A stretch of 64,000 nt of DNA. Origin: Clostridia bacterium (lineage in GTDB: Bacteria; Bacillota; Clostridia; UMGS1883). The notes below the pieces were generated by a model. It did not search any database, was not told where the DNA came from, and saw nothing but the letters and a program-made list of their open reading frames with translations. Made by a program: the position numbers and the translations under genes. How positions within the stretch are numbered: the stretch's first letter is position 1; each line of letters begins with the position of its first letter. Where the stretch lies: positions 1 through 64,000 of the forward strand of contig JBJDXJ010000052.1 of assembly GCA_051866635.1 (NCBI GenBank), written 5' to 3'. Positions 8,852 through 18,423 of this stretch are shown here, piece by piece.

Positions 8852-11800
8852 ATGAAAAAATGTGGGAAAAAGTCAATTGCGGCAATTATGGCGTGTCTAT
8901 TGACTGTAGGAGTGGTAAATTGCTTTGCTAAGGAGGGGGTACCTTATAGTATGAAAATCATGGATATGACGGTGGAATATCAGACTAATCCCATTGGCAT
9001 TGATACAGATTGTGTGCGTTTTGGCTGGAAAATGGTGTCTGATAAAATAGGAAGCAGACAGACAGCTTATGAAATACGTGTATATGAAAAGGATGGAGAT
9101 ACTCTTGTATGGGACAGCGGAATGATAAAAGATAGCCACTCAGTAGGTATAAAATATGAGGGTGACTCCTTAGGTGAGGCTACAGCCTATAAATGGTCTG
9201 TTACCATCTGGGATGAAATGGGATTATCTTTCACCTCCGATGAAGCAATTTTTGAAACATCTGTTACAAATCAGAAGGAGTGGAAGGAAGCAAAGTTTAT
9301 CTGTATGAACAAAAGCTCCTCTGCACCCATTTTCAGAACGGAACAAAAGCTTGTAAATGAAAACATTTCTTCTGCAAGACTATATATTACCGCTTTGGGA
9401 GTATACAAAGCATATGTAAACGGAAACAGGGTCTGTGCCTATGAGGATGGGAAAAGGGTGTACCATCATATGAACCCGGGCTATGGAAACGGAAACGTAA
9501 GCCTTGGATACCAGACTTATGATGTAACAGATTTTATAGAAGGGGAAAGTGTGGTCCTTTCGGCTATGTGCGGAACGGGGTGGTACAACTCTATGAGTGC
9601 CACATCTTCTCAGCCTGCTCTTAAGGCACTCCTTACGATTACTTATAAAAGCGGAGAAAAGCAGTATATCTCAACTGATACGGATAACTGGAAAGGTACC
9701 ATTGACGGACCAATAACTGAAAACGGCGTTTACTACGGCGAGAACTACGACGCACGACTTGCGAAAAAACTGGGAGATTTTACCCTTCTCGGCTATGATG
9801 ACAGTTGTTGGGTAAGCGGTTTGGAAAAAGATATTCCCGTAATAGAAAATACATTCCCTGCACGTACTGCAAGATATGTAAGATTGTCTGTTTCTGAGAC
9901 CGGCCCTGCCGTTAAAGCCGACAAGGAAAACAGACTACAGATAATGGAGCTTGAGCTGTTAGACGAAAAGGGAAATAATGCCGCCTACGGAATAGTTCCC
10001 GAAGTTTCCGATGAATTCACATGGGGCAGTCAGTGGATAAGAGCAAATATATCTGATGGTGACAAAGGATACAATTCGGACAAAGGTTACAGTTCAACAA
10101 TTTTGGGCAGAGGGCAGACTTCTCTTTCTTTAGATAAGCCCATAACTTTTACCTTTGACCTTTCTGAAAAAACACAAATCAACACACTTAGAATTTACCC
10201 AAGAGTGACGATTGAATCTATAAACGGTAACGAATGTGTAAATTACCCTAAAAAATACACTATAGAAGTATCTTCAGACGGTGAAAACTGGGAGACTATA
10301 GGTGAATATGAAATTGAAAGTTTAAAAAATACTACGATGAGCACCACTGAATTTGAAGGTGACATCCGTTCACAAATGGGTACTGTGGGAAAAATTATAG
10401 ATGAGTATTCTACGGAGCCTCAGTATGCGGTTTTGTACACGACTACCAATGAAAATTCACAATATGAAGGCGGAGAAATTAAAGTTGATGAATATTATGC
10501 CTTCACTGCTCCCGAAGATTCACTCTACAGCGGTGCATATATTCCTGTTAAAGAAGGGCAAAAGCTTTTTGACGGTGGAATAGTTCTAAAAAAGGGACAG
10601 ACAATGGTAGTTGATATGGGACAGAATATGAGTGCTGTGCCTGAAATTGAGTTTTCCGCACCAAAAGGAACCCAACTTACTATGTGTTTTGGTGAAATGT
10701 TAAACGATGGTAGTGCTGTTGGTACAGAGCGTACACAAGCAGATGGACCAAAGGGTTCTATTTATCAAAAAAGTTTGAGAAATGCACGTTCAAAGGTGAA
10801 TTATATTTTTTCTGGAGATGAAAAAGAGCATTATATGCCGTCAATGTCCTTTTTTGGGTATAGATATGTGGGAATTACCGCTACCGATGATGTAACTATT
10901 TATTCCCTTAAATCAAAGGCTCTTTCATCGGTAAATAAAAAGACGGGTTATATACATACAAATAACGAAAATGTGAATAAGCTGTTTTCAAATACCCTAT
11001 ACGGTCAACTCAGCAACTATTTCACCACCGCTACAGACTGTAACCAGCGTGACGAACGCCTTTTCTGGAGTGGTGATACACAAGCATTTGCCCAGACTGC
11101 AGTATACAATTTCAACTCCCTTCCGTTTTTAAATGATTTACAGGATATACTTTCCGAAAACACAATGAGAAAGGGGTATGTTCCATCTGTTGTAGATAAC
11201 GACGGATATTTCAGTAATTGGGCGGCAGGCTGGAGCGATGTTTTAATTATCCTTCCATGGACCCTTTATAAACAGACAGGGGATAAGAATATACTTTCAG
11301 AGAATTACAAAGCAATGGAAAGATATATGGAATATCTTAAAGAGAACGAGCGTTCTTTAAACCAGTCACCCCTTAGCCATATGAACTTTGGGGATTGGCT
11401 TTCTTTCCAAGGTACGTGCATTGAGGTTATGTCCGATTATTACTACGGTTATGTAACTAAGATAATGGCGGAGGTTGCCTCAATATTAGGTGACGAGGAA
11501 GGAAAAACAAAATACGAGCAAAAGTTTGAAGATATAAAAAATAAATTCTTGTCAACACACGTTACATTTGAAAAAGGCAATCTTACAATAAAGTCAGGAA
11601 CAGGCGATACAAGCAAGCAGTTTGGATATCGTGAAGGAAAGGGCGGAAAATGGGAGGATAATTCCCAGACCGCACTTTTGTGGATGCTTAAACTGAAGTT
11701 TTACAGCAGTGAAGAAATGCACGATGCGGCTCTTGATTTACTTACAGCTAACATAAAAAATGAAAATCCGTCACCATACAGTGTGAGATATTCCAGCGGA

Positions 11801-12763
11801 AAGAACACCTTGGCAGTAGGATTTTTGGGATCAAATGTACTCCTTCCCGTATTGAGTGATGAAGGATGCACAAATATAGCATATGACTTACTTCTTCAGG
11901 ATGAAAACCCCTCGTGGTTATTTGAGGTAAAAGCAGGAGCTACTACCGTTTGGGAAAGATGGAATTCCTTTACTCCGGGAAAAGGCTTTGGCGATTGCGA
12001 GATGAATTCCTTTAACCACTACGCTTACGGTTCTGTTGTGGAGTGGATGTACAAATATATGGCAGGAATTTCGGCAGATGAAAATGTAGCCGGCTTTAAG
12101 AAAATTGTGCTTCAGCCTTCCTGTGATTTCGGCAGACAATATAACACCGAGGACCGTGTAACTTCGGTTTACGGCTCGTATAACTCCTATTACGGTGATA
12201 TAGAATCTGTATGGGAAAGTGACGGCGATAAACTTACATTTTATAAAGCTGTTATCCCGGCAAATACTTCTGCAACTCTTTATCTGCCCGTAAGTGGGGA
12301 GAATATGAAGAATTTCAAAGAAATTGACGGAGTTGTGTTTGAAAAAATAACAGAACATAATTCTGTCAGCACAGCTAAATTTTATCTTTCCTCCGGTGGG
12401 TATGAATTTACAATTGATAATAATGGTGTAAGTGTCAGCCATACAGAGGGTTACTTTTCCGATGGTAAAAATATCTCCTTAAATGAAGATTTTGAAATTT
12501 CAGTCAGTACAGAGGAAACTGAAGAGAGTATGACAATCTCATATGATGTGTGTAACACCTCCGGTGCTATATGTAATGCAAGGTTGATTGCCGCTGTTTA
12601 TAATTCCGATAGCAGTATGGAAAATGTAAAAATGAAGGAAGTTGTATTTGAAAAGGGAATGAATCAAGTTAAAATAAGTGTTGGAAAAACACCTTTTAAA
12701 ATAAGGTCCTTTGTCTGGGGCGAGGGTGAAAAACCGCTGACAAGAGTTTTGGAATTGAATTGA
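8852..12763 (+). CDS. Secreted GH78 alpha-L-rhamnosidase with an inserted F5/8-type C (CBM32-like) module
   Basis: Signal peptide; TDCNQRDERLFWSGD, GATTVWERWNS and MNSFNHYAYG motifs; inserted ARYVRL...YTIEVSSDGENW module. Confidence 0.9.
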   Translation: MKKCGKKSIAAIMACLLTVGVVNCFAKEGVPYSMKIMDMTVEYQTNPIGIDTDCVRFGWKMVSDKIGSRQTAYEIRVYEKDGDTLVWDSGMIKDSHSVGIKYEGDSLGEATAYKWSVTIWDEMGLSFTSDEAIFETSVTNQKEWKEAKFICMNKSSSAPIFRTEQKLVNENISSARLYITALGVYKAYVNGNRVCAYEDGKRVYHHMNPGYGNGNVSLGYQTYDVTDFIEGESVVLSAMCGTGWYNSMSATSSQPALKALLTITYKSGEKQYISTDTDNWKGTIDGPITENGVYYGENYDARLAKKLGDFTLLGYDDSCWVSGLEKDIPVIENTFPARTARYVRLSVSETGPAVKADKENRLQIMELELLDEKGNNAAYGIVPEVSDEFTWGSQWIRANISDGDKGYNSDKGYSSTILGRGQTSLSLDKPITFTFDLSEKTQINTLRIYPRVTIESINGNECVNYPKKYTIEVSSDGENWETIGEYEIESLKNTTMSTTEFEGDIRSQMGTVGKIIDEYSTEPQYAVLYTTTNENSQYEGGEIKVDEYYAFTAPEDSLYSGAYIPVKEGQKLFDGGIVLKKGQTMVVDMGQNMSAVPEIEFSAPKGTQLTMCFGEMLNDGSAVGTERTQADGPKGSIYQKSLRNARSKVNYIFSGDEKEHYMPSMSFFGYRYVGITATDDVTIYSLKSKALSSVNKKTGYIHTNNENVNKLFSNTLYGQLSNYFTTATDCNQRDERLFWSGDTQAFAQTAVYNFNSLPFLNDLQDILSENTMRKGYVPSVVDNDGYFSNWAAGWSDVLIILPWTLYKQTGDKNILSENYKAMERYMEYLKENERSLNQSPLSHMNFGDWLSFQGTCIEVMSDYYYGYVTKIMAEVASILGDEEGKTKYEQKFEDIKNKFLSTHVTFEKGNLTIKSGTGDTSKQFGYREGKGGKWEDNSQTALLWMLKLKFYSSEEMHDAALDLLTANIKNENPSPYSVRYSSGKNTLAVGFLGSNVLLPVLSDEGCTNIAYDLLLQDENPSWLFEVKAGATTVWERWNSFTPGKGFGDCEMNSFNHYAYGSVVEWMYKYMAGISADENVAGFKKIVLQPSCDFGRQYNTEDRVTSVYGSYNSYYGDIESVWESDGDKLTFYKAVIPANTSATLYLPVSGENMKNFKEIDGVVFEKITEHNSVSTAKFYLSSGGYEFTIDNNGVSVSHTEGYFSDGKNISLNEDFEISVSTEETEESMTISYDVCNTSGAICNARLIAAVYNSDSSMENVKMKEVVFEKGMNQVKISVGKTPFKIRSFVWGEGEKPLTRVLELN

Positions 12764-12782
12764 ATTTGAAAGGGGGAGGGTC

Positions 12783-13559
12783 ATGGAAAAAGGGTTAATA
12801 ATTACATATGTTCTAAGGGGAAGCTGTGAAATTTCTTTTGACAATGTGTGTGAAAAGCTTCAGGAAGGAAACTTTTGTATTTCATCGGATAAAATTGATG
12901 TACATGTAAAGGGAAATTCCGTAGCTATTTCCATGACCATCCTTAAAAGCCGAATTGAAGAATGTTTCATAGAATCTTATATTGATTCTAGTGGAGAGTT
13001 TTTGTGGCGGATGATTTACAATAAATCTGACTGTAAACATATGATTTTCCGTTGCAATATAGACCCTGATATGGAAGAGGCGGCAGTTTATTATATGGAT
13101 GAGGCGTCTTTAGGAGAGAAAAAAAGCGAGCTTATACTAAGTAGTCTGGCTTTGATTTTCCTTGGATATGCTCTAAGAAATCACCAAAATGAATTTAACT
13201 TGAAAGAGAAGCCTTTTCCCCTTCCGGCATATATAAGTTATATGAAAGACAATCTTAAAACAGTAACGCTCCGTTCACTTTCGGAGAAATTTGCTTTAAG
13301 CGAAGGGTATCTTAGCCGATATTTCAAAAAAGAAACGGGTAAGACATACAGTGAACTTATAAAAGAAATGAGATTAAAAACTGCATCAGAGCTTCTTGAA
13401 AATACGGATTTCAGTGTAGAAAAAATCATTGAAACAATAGGCTATACAGATAATAGCATTTTTTACAGAAATTTCAGAGAAAAATACGGAGTTACTCCGA
13501 AAACTTACCGATTGAGATTTTTAATGGGTCTTGCAAGGGAGGGTGGAGAAGATGAATAA
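12783..13559 (+). CDS. AraC-family transcriptional regulator
   Basis: C-terminal double HTH (LSEGYLSRYFKKETG...IGYTDNSIFYRNFREKYGVTP). Confidence 0.88.
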   Translation: MEKGLIITYVLRGSCEISFDNVCEKLQEGNFCISSDKIDVHVKGNSVAISMTILKSRIEECFIESYIDSSGEFLWRMIYNKSDCKHMIFRCNIDPDMEEAAVYYMDEASLGEKKSELILSSLALIFLGYALRNHQNEFNLKEKPFPLPAYISYMKDNLKTVTLRSLSEKFALSEGYLSRYFKKETGKTYSELIKEMRLKTASELLENTDFSVEKIIETIGYTDNSIFYRNFREKYGVTPKTYRLRFLMGLAREGGEDE

Positions 13560-14583
13560 GGGTGAATTATGCAAAATGGAGCTTTCTGTAATTGAGCGTA
13601 AATATAAAGAGCTATATCTTCAAAACCCAAAAGCCTATGAAGAGCCTATAATAAGTTGGCGTGATTTAGCCAAGCGATTTGAAAGTATTGGAAATTTCAA
13701 TGTTCCACTCGCACCTTACAGTATTTGTGACGATGTTCTCACAGAGGAGGAGTTTTTTAAACCCCATAGGGATATACACTGTTTAACCAATGCCAGATAC
13801 GGACCCGCTTTTCTCCACAGACTGGAATTTATAAAAATAGTGTATGTATTTCGAGGCAGTGCCGTTCTTTATCTTGACGGGAAACGATATTCTCTTATGT
13901 CCGGTAGCTTTTGTATTATAACTCCTAATGTGGAGCAGGCTGTGTTTTCAAATTCTGATGAGGATATTGTTGTTAATCTTTTGATGCGATTTAGCACATT
14001 TACAAGGGCATTTTCCGGCTTGATGGCAGAAAAGAACGTATTGTCGGACTTTTTTCGTAAAATTATGTACACCACCTCGAGTAGCCGTGTTTTGTTGTTT
14101 ACATGCTCAAATGATACAGAGCTTGACAGAATAGTTGAAAAAATATTTTTTGAGAGCAGAAATGATGACTCTATCAGCAATCTGATTATGAAAAATTATC
14201 TTACGATTTTTCTTGGAATTTCCGTAAGAGTGCATATAGGCGATCTTACAGCCGTGGAGGAGCTGTCGGAGGAGGCGTATCATCTTCCGGCAATAATACA
14301 GTGTATAAAGGACAATCTTAAAACAGTAAGTTTACAAACTTTGTCAGAAAAGTTTAACGTGAACGAAGAATATATGAATAAATATATAGCTTGTGAAAGC
14401 GGATATTCATTTTATGCTCTTTTAAAGGATATGCGTCTTAAAAAGGCAGCCCAGCTTCTTAAAAGTACAGACATAAGCGTTGAAAAAGCGGCAGAAGAAG
14501 TGGGGATTAGTGATATTGCAGGCTTTTATAAACAATTTAAAGTAAAATTCGGAGTGGCTCCCGGAAATATTAGGAACAATTAA
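13552..14583 (+). CDS. AraC-family transcriptional regulator with a cupin sensor domain
   Basis: HRLEFIKIVYV cupin motif; C-terminal HTH VGISDIAGFYKQFKVKFGVAP. Confidence 0.88.
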   Translation: MNKGELCKMELSVIERKYKELYLQNPKAYEEPIISWRDLAKRFESIGNFNVPLAPYSICDDVLTEEEFFKPHRDIHCLTNARYGPAFLHRLEFIKIVYVFRGSAVLYLDGKRYSLMSGSFCIITPNVEQAVFSNSDEDIVVNLLMRFSTFTRAFSGLMAEKNVLSDFFRKIMYTTSSSRVLLFTCSNDTELDRIVEKIFFESRNDDSISNLIMKNYLTIFLGISVRVHIGDLTAVEELSEEAYHLPAIIQCIKDNLKTVSLQTLSEKFNVNEEYMNKYIACESGYSFYALLKDMRLKKAAQLLKSTDISVEKAAEEVGISDIAGFYKQFKVKFGVAPGNIRNN

Positions 14584-14676
14584 AATTTTGTACAAGTTGT
14601 AAATTTAAAAATTTGGCTTTACTTTAGGTAAATAATATGATATCATGAATAAGATAAAATTCAGGAGGTAGAAAAA

Positions 14677-15549
14677 ATGGACGAAAACAAAAATGAAATT
14701 TTAGAAGAAACAGAAAATGTAACTGAAGAAGTAACTGAAGAAGTCTCCGAAGAAGTCTCCGAAGAAGTAGCTGAAGAAGTTGCCGAAGAAACCGCATTCG
14801 AGGAAAATGCAACCGAAGAAGCGGTTGAAGATTCTACAGAAGCAGAAAAGTATGTTTCTATTGAAAGCCTTATTGCAGAAATTAAATCACTTAAGTTAAA
14901 GAACAGGGTTTTATCCGTGATCTTGGCTGTTATTATTGCGGCACTGGTTATTTTTGCCGGTGCAAAGGCTTACATGAGTTATAACCCCTATAATCATATG
15001 GGATTTTATAACACATCAGGTATGACAATTGCCGATATGGCAAGGATGAGTGGCATGACAGTTGAAGAGATTATTGAACAGTATCAGCTTCCCGATAATG
15101 TAAAAGAAAATACTTATTATGATGTAATCCAGTATCTTATGCCCACATCTGTAGTTGTAGAAATGTACGGTATGGATTTTGAAACAGCTAAGGAAAGATT
15201 TATGTTTCCTGATGAAGTTACAGGAGAAACACTTTGGCTTGATGCAGAAGCTACAATTCCCCTTTCTGTATATATTGGTACAGGTGACACCCTTGCGAAC
15301 TTCGTTAAGGAATACAACCTTCCCGAAACTGTAACAGAAGATACACTTTGGGGTGAAATCAGAGAACAGGTTCTTAAGTTTGAATATGAGAGAAGCATAG
15401 CTCCCGAAGGAGAAAACGAAGTTGAAGAAGTGAATGAAGTTAATCCCGAAGAAGTTTATGACGAACCTCAGGCAGAAGAAACACTTTCCGAAGAAGAATT
15501 AGCTGAAATAATGGCTTATCTTGAAAATGCAAGCGAAGTAACTGAATAA
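14677..15549 (+). CDS. Acidic single-pass membrane protein with three internal repeats
   Basis: Glu-rich N-terminus, TM helix, repeats YQLPDNVKENT / FMFPDEVTGETLW / YNLPETVTEDTLW; AGGAGG RBS. Confidence 0.8.
   Translation: MDENKNEILEETENVTEEVTEEVSEEVSEEVAEEVAEETAFEENATEEAVEDSTEAEKYVSIESLIAEIKSLKLKNRVLSVILAVIIAALVIFAGAKAYMSYNPYNHMGFYNTSGMTIADMARMSGMTVEEIIEQYQLPDNVKENTYYDVIQYLMPTSVVVEMYGMDFETAKERFMFPDEVTGETLWLDAEATIPLSVYIGTGDTLANFVKEYNLPETVTEDTLWGEIREQVLKFEYERSIAPEGENEVEEVNEVNPEEVYDEPQAEETLSEEELAEIMAYLENASEVTE
14716..14789 (+). repeat. In-frame 12-bp tandem repeat encoding EEV(T/S/A)
   Basis: GAAGAAGTAACT, GAAGAAGTCTCC x2, GAAGAAGTAGCT, GAAGAAGTTGCC. Confidence 0.8.
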
Positions 15550-15557
15550 TCAGATAA

Positions 15558-15590
15558 CAAAAAAAGAGTGAGAAATCACTCTTTTTTGTT
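15558..15590 (+). terminator. Rho-independent terminator
   Basis: AAAAAAGAGTGA-GAAA-TCACTCTTTTTT. Confidence 0.85.
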
Positions 15591-15691
15591 GTTTTCTACC
15601 GAAAAATATATTATAATGAAAAAGACAGATAACAGAAGGCGTTACTGCTGTAATTACATAATATATGCGAAAATTGAAAGGTTGGGAAAAT

Positions 15692-16804
15692 ATGTACGAT
15701 TATCTTGTGGTAGGTGCAGGGCTTTTTGGTTCTGTATTTGCATATGAGGCAAAGAAAAAGGGCCGGAAGGTTCTTGTTATTGATAAACGCAATCATATTG
15801 GAGGAAATATATACACCGAGGAAATCGAAGGTATTAATGTGCATAAATACGGTGCACACATTTTCCATACAAGCGATAAAAATATTTGGGAATATGTTAA
15901 TCAGTTTGCACAGTTTAACCGTTACACCAATGAGCCTGTTGCAAATTACAAAGGCGAAATGTATAATCTGCCCTTTAATATGAACACATTTTCAAAAATG
16001 TGGGGTATAAAGACGCCTCAAGAGGCAAAAGAAAAAATAGCAGAGCAGATTAAACAGGCAGGTATAACAGAACCTAAAAACCTTGAAGAACAGGCGATAA
16101 GCATGGTAGGTACAGATATTTATGAAAAACTTGTTAAGGGATATACAGCAAAGCAATGGGGAAGAGATTGCAAAGACTTGCCCTCCTTTATAATAAAAAG
16201 GCTTCCTGTAAGATTTGTTTACGACAATAACTATTTTAATGATTTGTATCAGGGCATACCCATAGGGGGATATACACAAATTGCAGAAAAAATGCTCGAT
16301 GGCATAGAAGTAAGACTTAACGAAGACTTTTTTTCAAAAAAAGAAGAATATATGAACTGTGCGAAAAAGATACTTTTCACAGGTATGATAGATGAATTTT
16401 ATGATTACTGTTACGGTCAGCTGGAATACAGGTCCTTGAAATTTGAAACGGAAGTGATAGACTTAGAAAACTATCAGGGCAATGCCGTGGTAAATTATAC
16501 AGAGAAGGAAGTGCCTTTTACAAGGATTATTGAGCATAAACACTTTGAATATATGTGTCATGGAGGAAAGAGTGTTCCCAAAACTGTTATAACAAGAGAA
16601 TACCCTGCAACATGGAAAATAGGTGATGAACCCTATTATCCAATGAATGATGAAAAAAACAACAGTCTTTATAAAAAGTACCTTGAAAAGTCAAAGCAGG
16701 AGGATAAAGTGATTTTTGGCGGAAGATTGGGAATGTACAAGTATTTTGATATGCATAATGTAATAGCCGCGGCTTTGGAAACTGCAGGAAAGGAATTAAA
16801 CTAA
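15692..16804 (+). CDS. glf: UDP-galactopyranose mutase
   Basis: YDYLVVGAGLFG, HIGGN, HKYGAHIFHT, EPYYP and GRLGMYKYFDM motifs. Confidence 0.95.
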   Translation: MYDYLVVGAGLFGSVFAYEAKKKGRKVLVIDKRNHIGGNIYTEEIEGINVHKYGAHIFHTSDKNIWEYVNQFAQFNRYTNEPVANYKGEMYNLPFNMNTFSKMWGIKTPQEAKEKIAEQIKQAGITEPKNLEEQAISMVGTDIYEKLVKGYTAKQWGRDCKDLPSFIIKRLPVRFVYDNNYFNDLYQGIPIGGYTQIAEKMLDGIEVRLNEDFFSKKEEYMNCAKKILFTGMIDEFYDYCYGQLEYRSLKFETEVIDLENYQGNAVVNYTEKEVPFTRIIEHKHFEYMCHGGKSVPKTVITREYPATWKIGDEPYYPMNDEKNNSLYKKYLEKSKQEDKVIFGGRLGMYKYFDMHNVIAAALETAGKELN

Positions 16805-17319
16805 ATAAAACGACAGATAAAGCACCCTACGATACTTCCTGTCAGGTCCGCAAGAAGGGCACAGACAAGGCAGTATCGTAATTTTTTTGCACGTGTTGCC
16901 GCAAAGTATATACTAAGGGTATAAAATGTTGTTTCGGTGCTTCCCATAATAACAGAGGCACATCTGCCTATATAGCTGTCGGGCGAATGAGTCCCGAGAA
17001 TATTCTGAAAAAGTGCCATAGACCCTGAGCCTGAAACACAGCGCATTAGTGACAAGGGCAGTATTTCACGGGGAATATTTAAAATATTACATAAAGGTGA
17101 AAAAAATGAAGAAAAGGCTTCCAATGCTCCTGACGCAGAAAGAATTTCAATTGCAACAACAAGTCCCGTAATTGGTGGCAATATGTCGATAGCACACCTT
17201 AAACCCTTTTTGCCGCCTTCTGTAAAAGCTGACCATATATCAGTCTTTTTTATAAAAGCAAACATCAGTATAATAACAATAAATATAGGAATAGTGTATG
17301 ATGCTAAGTTTTTAATCAT
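16801..17319 (-). CDS. spmB: Spore maturation protein B
   Basis: Membrane protein with MGSTETTFYTLSIYF; follows spmA. Confidence 0.9.
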   Translation of the reverse strand: MIKNLASYTIPIFIVIILMFAFIKKTDIWSAFTEGGKKGLRCAIDILPPITGLVVAIEILSASGALEAFSSFFSPLCNILNIPREILPLSLMRCVSGSGSMALFQNILGTHSPDSYIGRCASVIMGSTETTFYTLSIYFAATRAKKLRYCLVCALLADLTGSIVGCFICRFI

Positions 17320-17894
17320 TTAAATATCCTCGCACATATTTTAGCAGATATGGTTCCTACCAAAAATGCACACATTGTTGTAATTAAGGTGGGAATAATT
17401 ATATCTGAAGGCGTTTGAGAGCCGAACTGACCACGAAGTGCAATTACAGATGAGGGGACAAGCTGAATGGATGCTGTGTTTATTACAATAAACATACACA
17501 TGGCGTTACTTGCCCTGTTGGGATGTAGGTTAATTTTGTCAAGCTCGCTCATGGCTTCAAGCCCCAGTGGTGTTGCGGCATTGCCCATTCCAAGCATGTT
17601 TGCACTCATATTCATTGTTATTTTTTCGCGTATTTTTGCATTTTTTGAAATATTTCCAAACAAAAGGTTTATTAAAGGTGACAGTATTTTTGAAATTAAC
17701 TCTGTTACACCGCTTCTTTGGGCAATTTCCATTATACCTGACCAAAAGCACATTATAGGCGTAAGCGTTATAATCAGTGTGAACGCTTTTTCCATACCGC
17801 AGTTCAGGTGTGAAACAACACTGTTGCCGTCTTGCGTAATGAGGCAATATACTATGCCTCCCACCATCATAAGAAACCATACTACTGATAATAT
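17316..17894 (-). CDS. spmA: Spore maturation protein A (probable ATA start at 17894; first ATG at 17870)
   Basis: ANMLGMGNAATPLGLEAM and INTASIQLVP motifs. Confidence 0.9.
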   Translation of the reverse strand: MLSVVWFLMMVGGIVYCLITQDGNSVVSHLNCGMEKAFTLIITLTPIMCFWSGIMEIAQRSGVTELISKILSPLINLLFGNISKNAKIREKITMNMSANMLGMGNAATPLGLEAMSELDKINLHPNRASNAMCMFIVINTASIQLVPSSVIALRGQFGSQTPSDIIIPTLITTMCAFLVGTISAKICARIFK

Positions 17895-18051
17895 TGTAAA
17901 AACCTCCTCTTTATGAACAAATTGAAAACGAGTTGTGATATTTTGTAAAATTATGTTTATAAATTGTGAATTCAGTCGAAATTCCGTTGACTTTTAATGG
18001 TCCGAATGTTAATATTTATCATGAAAGAAGAATTAACAGGAGGTAAAAAGG

Positions 18052-18321
18052 ATGTCAAAGAAAGATACAACAAAATCAACAAGTGTTATGCGTAAGGTGG
18101 ATCAGTTAGGTCGTGTTGTAATACCTAAGGAGTTACGTAAGAATTTTGATATTAAAGATAATGAAGATTTCCTTGAAATATATGTTGAAGGCGACAAGAT
18201 TATTCTTAAAAAGTATGCTCCGGGCTGTACTTTCTGTGGAAAAGAAGGAGACCTTTACGATTATAAGGATAAATTGGTTTGTGCTAACTGTATAAAAGAA
18301 TTAAAAGATTCAGTTCTTTAA
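18052..18321 (+). CDS. abrB: AbrB-family transition-state regulator
   Basis: RKVDQLGRVVIPKELR...LEIYVEGDKIILKKY and C-terminal CTFC...CANC. Confidence 0.9.
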   Translation: MSKKDTTKSTSVMRKVDQLGRVVIPKELRKNFDIKDNEDFLEIYVEGDKIILKKYAPGCTFCGKEGDLYDYKDKLVCANCIKELKDSVL

Positions 18322-18349
18322 AAAATGGAGCGTAAAGCTCCATTTTTTT
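18321..18349 (+). terminator. Rho-independent terminator
   Basis: AAAAATGGAGC-GTAAA-GCTCCATTTTTTT. Confidence 0.85.
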
Positions 18350-18423
18350 GTATAAACCCTTGAAAAAAGCATAAGACAGTATTATAATTAAGGACAGTGA
18401 TTATTTAGAAAAGGACTGTTTTC

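Noticed and set aside
14716-14789. CRISPR-like array
   Set aside because: These are 12-bp in-frame coding repeats without spacers, and no cas genes are in the window
17974-17980. Spo0A box upstream of abrB
   Set aside because: Only a single one-mismatch heptamer (AGTCGAA), too weak to call
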